From Prevotellaceae bacterium (GTDB taxonomy: Bacteria > Bacteroidota > Bacteroidia > Bacteroidales > Paludibacteraceae): a stretch of 64,000 nucleotides of DNA. The stretch is from NCBI GenBank assembly GCA_031271815.1, contig JAISVA010000033.1, positions 121,234 through 185,233 on the forward strand, in the 5' to 3' direction. The notes under the pieces were generated by a model that was given only the letters and a program-made list of their open reading frames with translations, searched no databases and had not been told where the DNA came from. The translations under genes were made by a program, and so were the position numbers. Positions within the stretch are counted from its first letter, which is position 1. Every line of letters begins with the position of its first letter. This document shows positions 30,601 to 36,912 of this stretch, one piece after another.

Positions 30601-33600
30601 CCTATGTTGTCAAATACAGTTCTCTTTACCGTAAGAGAACCTCTTCCGACGTCAATACAACGTGCAGTAGCATTATTTATAATTTTACAATCTGTCATTG
30701 TAAGGTTACTTCCATGACTTCCTGATAAGTTTATTAGAAATGCAAAAGAATTTAAACATGTATTATTTTCAAATTCGGAATTTGTAATGGTGTGTGTATA
30801 ATCTCCTGCCTGAATCAACGAATTTGATATTGTATTGTCTTTTGCAAAAAGAAGGTCCGCGTCTAAAGTGATAGCATAACCATTGACAGCATACTCTCCG
30901 TGATTATTATATATGCGTACGCTATCTCTTATCGTTATTTTGACGTTGCTGTATCCGGTATTAATAACACCGTTGTTTTCCGTAAACGAAGATTTTTTAA
31001 TAAATATCGGATCTGTTGAGTAGATGGCATAGTTTTGGCTGTTTGCAACAGTTACTTCATCCAAGTTTAGTTCTGATGAAGTGTTGCGTGTATTAAAATA
31101 AATGGCATTACCTGTTGTATTTTCAAGATATAAGCCTTTTAAATTAACTATTATTGATGCGGAAGTATTGTCAGCGTATATTAAATTAGTAATTTCTACT
31201 TCGCCTATACTTCCGTCAAAAATGGTTTTGTTGGCTACCGGGTCGAAGGATGCATTGGAGGTTGTTGCAGTTGCCGGATACCCTCCAATCAAGGTAACGC
31301 TGCTTTTAATGCCAAAAGTGTTATTGCTTGCAGATGCAGCTGTTTTTCCGTCTTTATCATAAACAGGGCGGTATGTTCCTGCTGCAATATGGAATGTTAC
31401 ATCATCCGGCACGATCGGCAAATACTCTGCAAATGTTTCGTTTGACATGGCATTTTCCCAAGAGGAACCGTCACCGTTTCCGTCACCGTTTACTTTTACG
31501 TAATATTCGGACAGGAATAATTCGTATGCACCGATACAGGCAGGGTTCTTGCGCAATTCACCGCGTCGGTCGGTAGCAGGAATATCCGTGCTTAAGGGAA
31601 GGCTGTTAATCTTTCTTCCTTTAGGCAAAGAAGTATGGAGCAGGGCTACGGTATATGCGTTGCTTTCAGTTAAGTTGGGAGTAAAAAGCCCGTTGATAGC
31701 GTTGTATGTGCCGTCGAACACCGAGTATGGCTCAGCGCCGAGGATGATGTCCCGGTACATCTCAGCAGTAGGGGGTTCCTGGGTTGTACACCCGGCATAT
31801 AGAGCATTGAAGTCGGCAAGAGAGAAATTTGACGGTTCTACGAATATGTTGGTTTCGTTTGCCTTGGGCTGGTAGCAGCAATTTCCGTTATGATAAAAGA
31901 TCGGTATTATATTGTATGCAATATCAGAAGCGCTTGCTCCCGAAATGCTGATTCTTTCTGGTGCAATATTGCCAATAATAATATTGCCGATTATTTTTTC
32001 AAAATATCCCTTTAATACGTTATCGGTAAATTCATTTCCCACGATGCTGTTGCAGATAAAAGAAGTGCCGGTAGCACCTCCAGACCTCTGATAAAGAGTT
32101 GCACTTTTATTTCCTGAAAAGGTATTATTTGTAAAAGCAGAACCTTTATCACTGGAAAGAATACAGGATTGAGTAGTGTTATTATTAAATATAGAGTTAG
32201 AAATTGTTCCGCCTGCAGTGCTTACAAGAGCTCCGTAATAAGATGTTGTATTATTTTTATTTCCTTTGAATGTACAATTATCAACAATTACGTTCATAGT
32301 CATGTTATCGGTATATAAACAGGCTCCTGTGTTGTCTTCAAATATTGTTCTCTCTATGGTTAGTTTAGAAGTTCGATCAGCACTTATACTTACACCTGAA
32401 GTGTTTTTTATAAATTTACTGTCTGTTATTGTTAACCCGTTAGACGATGACGACAACCAACTAGCGTTTATAGAACTTCCCGTACATTCATTTTCTTCAA
32501 AAGTAGAATTTGTAATTGTTAACTCTTTAGCATACATTTGACAAGAAACTAATCTTGCAGTATTCTTTTTTGCGTAAACTTTATTCATTGTTAACGTTCT
32601 ATTCTGTCCACAATTAATAACAGCGTTAGTGTTATTTTCTTCCAATCTTACACTGTCCAACATTATTTTTTCGACTACTGTAAGAGAACGGGGAGAATAG
32701 CTATTTATAACTCCTTTATTTTTAATAAAAGAAGAGTTCTTTATAGTCAAAACAGGAGTTTGAGATATATCTATTGCATAATTTTGACAGTTCGATATGG
32801 TTATGTTTTCCAAATTCAGCTCAGAAATGCTTCCAGACGTACCCTGACCAAGTACAGGAGTAATAAATGCATTACCTGCCGTATTTTCAATATGTAAACC
32901 TTTCAGTGAAACTGTCATTAAAACATCCTGTTCCGAAGGCGTTGCATATATCATATTATCGATTTGCCCCCCGGTTATATTCCCGTCGAAAAGCGTTTTG
33001 TATTTTTGAGGCTCGGACAGTTCATTTCCGGTTGTTGCGGTTGCCGGATACCCTCCAATCAAGTTAACGCTGCTTTTAATGCCAAAAGTGTTATTGCTTG
33101 CAGATGCAGCTGTTTTTCCGTCTTTATCATAAACAGGGCGGTATGTTCCTGCTGCAATATGGAATGTTACATTATCCGGCACTAAAGGCAGAAACCACGC
33201 AAAAACTTCGCCCGGCATGGCGTTGCTCCAGGAGGATCCGTCTTCCCTTCCGGCTCCGTTTTCCTTCACATAATAATGTTCTTTGAAATAACCGGCAGGA
33301 TTGGATAATCCGCTTGTGCTAACTCCATCGTAGGTAGCGGTGGCTGAAAAATAATTTATGATTCCGCTGAATTGAGCGGAACTTATATTATAAGTAAAAT
33401 TACCCGTATTATCTGTTTCTATGCTGCCTACATATTGTTTCGCAGTTTGGCGATCTCCATCCGTCCAAAATAATTCTATTTTCGCTTTTTTGTCCACATT
33501 CCCTTTAATAACAAGTTCGGTTCCTTCTAATGTGATAGAATTTATTTTCGGAATTGTGTATAACGAGTTACCTGGTATTGCCTCGTAATCGTTCCCGAAA

Positions 33601-34454
33601 AAAAGATTTTGGGAACATAAAAGAGGTGCTGATGAATATATTTGTCCCATTCGGTAATAGGCTCCATTAACTGGGCTACTTGAGGCAGTTGCGATTCCAT
33701 TATTTGTTAAAGTATTTTTTTCTATTCTTAAACCATTAGAAATACTGCCGTTATATATACCATACAGGGCATTGTTTTCAATCTTACAGGAGGAAATGAC
33801 TGCATCATTTAATGTTCCGGTAGGAATAATTTCTATTCCATAACGACCATTATTGGAAATAGTTGAATTCGAGATGTTTAATTCTCCGGCAGATATTTCG
33901 ATACCGGAACTGTTGCTTTCAGTCAGGGATGATTTATCAACAGATAATGATTTACAGTTTCCTACTATACTCGACGCGTTTCTTTTAATTTTACAGGAAA
34001 CTAAGGAGACAGTACAGTTAGGATTGCTAAGTACCACCGCATTAGTGACTTCTTCAATATCCACTTTTTCCAATAAGACCGGAGATGAAGAGGCAACTGC
34101 CACATATCCTCCGCTCATTTTTAATGAGCGAATGGTAATATTCTCAGAACCTGATTGTGCGGCAATGACCAAAGAGGCGGAAGTAAGCGTAATATCTGCG
34201 GATGATCCGTCTATTTCCATGGAAGAGAGAATTGTAATGCTTCCGGTGCTAATTGTTCTCGGCGTATTATCTGCAAACTGAAACACAATTTTACTCAGTG
34301 CCGGATCTGCGTTTGCCTGTTCAATAGCCCAACTAAGAGAACCGGCTCCAGACGCATTCGTATTAGTAACCGTAAACGTAGCCGCTTGAACCTGCATTGC
34401 AGCAAACAAACTGATAAATGCCAGTAACGTCCGGATTTGATTAAATGCTTTCAT
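21657..34454 (-). CDS. giant cell-surface adhesin (4265 aa): two parallel beta-helix modules, more than 15 SprB-type repeats, T9SS C-terminal sorting domain
   Basis: Signal peptide MKAFNQIRTLLAFISLFAAMQVQA. N-terminal pectin-lyase-like beta-helix repeats (NxxGxxG/IxxN patterns) in two large copies. Numerous CxxxxDGxIxxxVSGGxAPYxYxW repeats matching the SprB-repeat signature. C-terminus FSPNPWILDDEELNVTVTF...IRVYNELGFEL...KVMVIK fits the T9SS type-A sorting-domain pattern. Confidence 0.85.
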   Translation of the reverse strand: MKAFNQIRTLLAFISLFAAMQVQAATFTVTNTNASGAGSLSWAIEQANADPALSKIVFQFADNTPRTISTGSITILSSMEIDGSSADITLTSASLVIAAQSGSENITIRSLKMSGGYVAVASSSPVLLEKVDIEEVTNAVVLSNPNCTVSLVSCKIKRNASSIVGNCKSLSVDKSSLTESNSSGIEISAGELNISNSTISNNGRYGIEIIPTGTLNDAVISSCKIENNALYGIYNGSISNGLRIEKNTLTNNGIATASSSPVNGAYYRMGQIYSSAPLLCSQNLFFGNDYEAIPGNSLYTIPKINSITLEGTELVIKGNVDKKAKIELFWTDGDRQTAKQYVGSIETDNTGNFTYNISSAQFSGIINYFSATATYDGVSTSGLSNPAGYFKEHYYVKENGAGREDGSSWSNAMPGEVFAWFLPLVPDNVTFHIAAGTYRPVYDKDGKTAASASNNTFGIKSSVNLIGGYPATATTGNELSEPQKYKTLFDGNITGGQIDNMIYATPSEQDVLMTVSLKGLHIENTAGNAFITPVLGQGTSGSISELNLENITISNCQNYAIDISQTPVLTIKNSSFIKNKGVINSYSPRSLTVVEKIMLDSVRLEENNTNAVINCGQNRTLTMNKVYAKKNTARLVSCQMYAKELTITNSTFEENECTGSSINASWLSSSSNGLTITDSKFIKNTSGVSISADRTSKLTIERTIFEDNTGACLYTDNMTMNVIVDNCTFKGNKNNTTSYYGALVSTAGGTISNSIFNNNTTQSCILSSDKGSAFTNNTFSGNKSATLYQRSGGATGTSFICNSIVGNEFTDNVLKGYFEKIIGNIIIGNIAPERISISGASASDIAYNIIPIFYHNGNCCYQPKANETNIFVEPSNFSLADFNALYAGCTTQEPPTAEMYRDIILGAEPYSVFDGTYNAINGLFTPNLTESNAYTVALLHTSLPKGRKINSLPLSTDIPATDRRGELRKNPACIGAYELFLSEYYVKVNGDGNGDGSSWENAMSNETFAEYLPIVPDDVTFHIAAGTYRPVYDKDGKTAASASNNTFGIKSSVTLIGGYPATATTSNASFDPVANKTIFDGSIGEVEITNLIYADNTSASIIVNLKGLYLENTTGNAIYFNTRNTSSELNLDEVTVANSQNYAIYSTDPIFIKKSSFTENNGVINTGYSNVKITIRDSVRIYNNHGEYAVNGYAITLDADLLFAKDNTISNSLIQAGDYTHTITNSEFENNTCLNSFAFLINLSGSHGSNLTMTDCKIINNATARCIDVGRGSLTVKRTVFDNIGEHLFNYMGETNIDNCIFSRASGRNIISCEGGVISNCSFYNNTVSSALIQGNRTAFAFTNNTFAENEGTTLLNAGSATGSIFINNTIMGNTFSENVLSVYFDKIIGNIIIGNKTETRNFLKKVGSIVEYNIMPIYIDNLETCFYQPKTTETNIFVEPENFSLADFNALYAGCTTTERPISEMYEDLILGIDPYLLLEGVYDETTGLFNPELKDNGGFTPTVALTSTILPGDKLVNSLPLAETTVTTDQRGVERNELTAIGAYELKCEQPEGIELSLKAGEGALCRGDVLNIQLDGMPEDIVSDYSYFWSFETGNGNDMELASENNSTGVLARVLTTIKELPVSLTVTDKCGTKTVISKTFDISGNSEISFSGLEGSSFCSNAAPVELTGTPGNGIFKVNGEVITDGLFVPSSVEGSQATIRYEIEGEDGCSSYAEETVGLIPSDLNNINIELIPTPTTCLLSSDGQIEASVAGEGTYRYKWKRIEETGETDLLENNSALLTDIGAGNYIFILIDGNDCFTEAKATVDTRTRTTELQLGEPVVAGDMCKNTEDKEISIPFSGNEFEEDVTVVLTYGSVEKTGASIEESGKVIFDGLGAGDYTIDIRYTADGCLSDAGTQKTVTIATVNELNAVITSKGVTCDGASDGFIEAADVSGGQAPYRYFWKKESEAEYSAEGKKRSGGLETGTYSSLVIDAGDCEFETTGIEIGVHEENSENGLKISQIEPSVLACDGDTDGKLNIHYTGNADEQEITIAISSGETVRTKTGTGIEGSLLFENLPAGEYQIRIYFTGAGDCEPGAGRNKTEYILAPAPVSAVFDYIAASCGLVADGAVKANVSGGIAPYTYQWLNADKQPIENEQSPTLENIHAGNYAILVTDFNECQTILPAIIPVSGLSVGEIIAENTKCVDSADGKLTITFSENTSNQQVYMETFVGDELIVKKSTDLSGSFVFKNLPAGNYPIRLYYDGAEVCAWNGTGTVSQPELLQAQFNITGTLCGSSKDGQITVIPTGGTAPFSFAWKDAAQNPAGGNTDVLSNLEAGEYSVTITDINNCTFDSEILTVSERTDKGTGPSISEAIVSGDRCSNEANKTITVPFTGNTLEKPLDVLLTFGSETKIEHSSEANGSVSFDNLGVGEYTIHIRYSESGCEVDESNAQTVNIENVEPLTADFNTRGVTCEEAKDGFIEATNVSGGTAPYHYEWRKEGEDGFTKTNTQRNGFTGKGIYTGRVVDFYGCIIEKDNLEIDVRPEGNNLVLGTIDYNEILCAGINSGTLNFPFSGNADLASVTISVMHDGQELLAGMDGIRYEESGNLALNNLAGGEYRIQIYYTGAESCALNGNQDQTVTINVPYQPVTADANVIGASCGTASDGRLSNVTISGGKTPHTYQWLDAGVRVSPLPDEDFIRVSAKNYTLKVTDGNLCEYTKEFTVPVRNVSEEGALQLEEAVFTSSGILCHGEEKGTVKIAYSGNTYEQEVMMNLQETGTLVTYKKMSALLSGEHTFKSLPAGNYRAWISFLGAEACEVSSALSRSQAIIQPPKLTATLTAKGVLCPEVADGKIDIVINGGTGAHTSTWYREGPSPEERVIINYQSGQPLGMGTYTCEITDDNGCTISETTEIGLRYESNLPELTVSNPVIKHESCYQGNNGSISVRYSSGVNESVEMIIEKTGSTETWTVRSSATSGYLVQNNLAPGKYNITVSYHVGECTLNNYAKTFEDNEIKALKSLELSKDIVTVTPTCLIPANGEITFSVSGWAGTHTAVLRHHADDLSGIITQTEQIRPYMLTQTAADVENQEAHFKFTGRTNGYFTLYITDECNKQEIERRINFKGIDPYTLTLDENRPGSILFVPCEPYDYGKYTFTFSGGNPDASVVEYGKIITTQREVTETYTEYEEQEVEREVIVYEDGDPVLDENGDPLLDENGNVITEQFPKLDEDGNFVTETVIETILVEVEKTRTYTVTDSELKYFELTDAEQNGNSFTKSNLTAGTYPVIYRSTLDGCRDTAKLNITIRGPEPLHYKEEILPVSCEGVDDGMITILPTRNSKIRYYMTKNGDRYTYYELKMTTVIKQGEEVEVEGLMLMENQESMSYKLHEILLDFKELEWYKEDGTRIHPVYAHRQGVDEKSIDPETATTESIHDLLYAYYDESGAKITDPVYHISHLPDYSFTERDENREEIEYHAVGGITLGNLPVGNYYYTFKSNEPRCIDAAGDPCVYSKSFKIENPTQSLKIDAVTFDAVSAVCDPKARQIKVNVSGGWGGYNYSLTNNEKEEDDENNNEVKNKLPFLYTGGEVSLEDSTGRDGKIIHNGTFTSSILSAGEYYLYVMDGYGCMVKHPAPISFADNNIKLSLLDTKTIIAKCPNDTMLEVRLGVTGGTVPYRYEMFKGHPEVVEDIFFDRQELEDTTVIGNLKPIEAGEFIAGDNTDGTDFTKVAFMDTLGKHGYFVYDQTGCGAYIEVTMQDERDMITLARKSLQDVMCYDGNNGEIEVWVKDNGDYTFYHALRNTSVPLHEELQREDFWTELTSYSHDIYHKENDIYDNYVYYTFSGLKAGKQLIQIENNKHCTQYIEFEINQPEKLTVLAEGSAVCLGGEQLSGNIFATKVSGGVKPYQYRITGDNSGFDINGDYNSEIYKKVPNDKNPTYTYHVKDDNGCVDYIANVGLKDRGITADLKFIASTNRYNDDVLLMIDMSTYRYTENGVETEFDLTTPENKEKFADYASKIQVFYEFYKNAEGTEIDSTMKQDDKRLYAYNITSKSDLEKLANEIEALPGRKETKDIDDSFFKTNFKLNDPVLNWNKTEFISFGDTILSKQLADRKPGKTTASGTPLTWLDSYPHYVGMTSVVEGCVYRLKDANGYTIVPLLIKNGDDQLYEYTDMHKRDILDVTFSPNPWILDDEELNVTVTFGFKVKHTIRVYNELGFELSSPMVIEATDSRISPSGKDEFKITHKLNKNMLSNADNQNSQIIIVTVSTERDAAAGKVMVIK

Positions 34455-35078
34455 CTTTTACTTTTATATGTGATAATTGTAAATATTTCGTTTTACTTAA
34501 TTTATGGTATAATACCATTTTTTATCGTTTTTTTTGTGTTCATACATGCAAAACGGATAAAAATACCAATGAGCAAACTTGCTTACGATTCTCTTTTTTC
34601 TGTTAGTAAGAGATAATAAAAATGTACGATGATATTTATTGAGAAAAACCTTCAAAATTAGAAAAACGCACAAAGATATAGTTTTTGTTTTTAATTTTAA
34701 TCTAATTATTGAATTAAATTTACTTTTTTTGTTAAGTTGTTTATTTACAACATATTGAGTTTTACAGTATGGTTTGTTTATATGTAAAAAATATAAAAAA
34801 TTATTATTTTTTTAATTAAAAAATTATTATTTTGAGCATTTTATTATTTAATTATATTTATTTTGCATTTTATTTTTTTTATATTATTTGATATATATTT
34901 AAAAATGATTATGTAAAACTATTATAAATAATATTGACACTATTTTATTTGACAATGGGAGACATATTGCTGATAAGCGTTTAATTTTGTCCAAACCGAT
35001 CCAAAACCGTCCGGAGTCATCGAATTTTTATATTATTATTTGCTATATTACCACTAAAACTCTAAGCACCTCCAATCA

Positions 35079-35578
35079 GGAGGATTGAATATGAATAATC
35101 GCCAATGAAGCGAAGCGATGGGAGGTAAAAAAGCATCTTTACCACAATCAGGAGGGTATACGTGTTAGAAACCTTGCGAAACAGCTCTTGATCTTAGAGC
35201 AATGTCCCGGCACAAGACAGGGCGACGTCTATCCATTTTCGACAGATATTTCAACCTCATTTCTACCTGATTTTACGACAAAATAACCTCAGTAGTAACC
35301 GTTTTATATATTTCCCCAACCTCATTACCTCATTAAATTAAAAACATTTCTAATCAGGTACTGAGGTTGTTGGTGGGGGATTGCATATCGCTACTGAGGT
35401 TGTTTTGTTGTAAAATTTAGGTAAAATGAGGTTTCGAACACGTGTGCCCGGAGTGTTGAACTGTTTTATAGCGGACGATTTAATTAGTTATTCAACCCTT
35501 ACCGGTTGTGAGACGTGAATTCGCTATACAACTAATAATCGCTTCGCTTCATTGCCGGTTATTTATATTCAATCCTCC
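35079..35578. repeat. 500-bp foldback element bounded by 41-bp imperfect terminal inverted repeats (MITE-like or invertible segment)
   Basis: Left IR 35079-35119 (ggaggattgaatatgaataatcgccaatgaagcgaagcgat). Right IR 35538-35578, whose reverse complement is ggaggattgaatataaataaccggcaatgaagcgaagcgat. Interior is an imperfect ~200-bp palindrome centred near 35343: three aacctca-containing arms at 35252/35286/35318 pair with three tgaggtt arms at 35361/35396/35429. Confidence 0.5.
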
Positions 35579-35664
35579 GGGTTGGGAGTATAATGGCAAG
35601 ATTGCGGATAATCTTTAATTCTTATGTCTGGGACGAACGCTCTACACACGAATTCCAACGGAAT

Positions 35665-36522
35665 CTATTTAATTCCATAGAGAAGCTTCAATTTGGCTAT
35701 TTCACAGTCTTTTTCGGCTAATTTTTTTTGATTTTCTTCAATTGTTTTATCTTTTTCTTCAATTGTTTTGTCTTTTTCTTCAATTTTTCGTTCCAAATCT
35801 TGAAGTTCCTTGACGATATCGTCTTCCAAATCCATAGAACGTCTTTTACCCGGGTCTTCGGCGGCTTTGCGCAATCGGCGTATAATTTGTTGAAATTCTT
35901 CCGGAAAACTATCTTCTTCCACATTTAAAATATGATTTGTATCGGTAATGTTGCTTTGGTCGAAAATCCCTAATAACTTTTCAAGGTCATTACGGCGACG
36001 TTGTTTCAACTGTTTAATCTGTACAATCCAGGAACGATGATGCAGGCCTGATACAAACTCTCCCGTTGCCGGAAATTCATCTCCTGTAGAGATGTCTTCC
36101 ATTTTATAGTCAACCCTTAATACCGGACGAGCAGGCAAGTCGGCGCCGTAATCCAGGAAGTAGATGCAATAAATTTGCCGTGCTTTTTCTTGTTTTTCGT
36201 CATAGCTGTTGTCTTTGTTTTGGTACGAAACTCCCAAATAGCGTCTAAATCGCATCAAGTCAGACGAGTATTTCGCCTTTTGAAGTTCTATGATTACCGT
36301 TTTGAAACCGTTTTCGGTTCTGATTTTTGCGGAAAAATCAAAACGGCAAACGGTTAGAGAGCCTTTGGAAGCAGAGGCAATTTCTGTTGAATATTCTTGC
36401 GGGTTGAAATCCAACTCAAGAATTTCCTCCCCAATAATGGCGGAAATAAAAACTTTTGCCACTTTGTTGTCTTCAAGCATGTATTTGAAGATGGAGTCGT
36501 ATATAGGATTGGCGATGTACAT
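35665..36522 (-). CDS. Rpn family recombination-promoting nuclease / PD-(D/E)XK-type putative transposase
   Basis: N-terminus MYIANPIYDSIFKYMLEDNKVAKVFISAIIGEEI is the signature start of this family. C-terminal coiled-coil with KTIEEKDKTIEE repeats. Confidence 0.75.
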   Translation of the reverse strand: MYIANPIYDSIFKYMLEDNKVAKVFISAIIGEEILELDFNPQEYSTEIASASKGSLTVCRFDFSAKIRTENGFKTVIIELQKAKYSSDLMRFRRYLGVSYQNKDNSYDEKQEKARQIYCIYFLDYGADLPARPVLRVDYKMEDISTGDEFPATGEFVSGLHHRSWIVQIKQLKQRRRNDLEKLLGIFDQSNITDTNHILNVEEDSFPEEFQQIIRRLRKAAEDPGKRRSMDLEDDIVKELQDLERKIEEKDKTIEEKDKTIEENQKKLAEKDCEIAKLKLLYGIK

Positions 36523-36912
36523 TTTAGGTGTTTTTATTTAATGATGCAATACGTTTCGTTCATTTTCCAGGCACAAATGTACATAAAATCTTATAACTAA
36601 CAACTGCTATTCTTTTAAAATTAAGAACCGTATTGGAAATTTGAGGCTGTCTAAAATGTCTGTGAATTACATGAATTAATGCAAATTGTATAAGTTGAAA
36701 AAATGTAAATTTCAGCTAATTAATTTAATGCTGATTGACGTAATTCACAGATAAATATCTTTTGAGACACTCGTTATAATACGCAAATCCCGGTAGCTAC
36801 GAGACGTGCACCGTATCAACCGGGAAAAATTCGATATGTTAGGAATATTGCAGCACAATGCTGTTTGGTTAAAAACTTATTTTTACTACATTCTTATATT
36901 AACTTGCATTAT

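Noticed and set aside
21754-34281. Dozens of 60-250-aa ORFs on the plus strand inside the adhesin gene (for example 28473-29216, 247 aa)
   Set aside because: - They are antisense to a long continuous ORF with a strong domain-repeat structure.
- Their products are low-complexity and Cys/Phe/Ser-rich, with no motifs.
- They are typical shadow ORFs.
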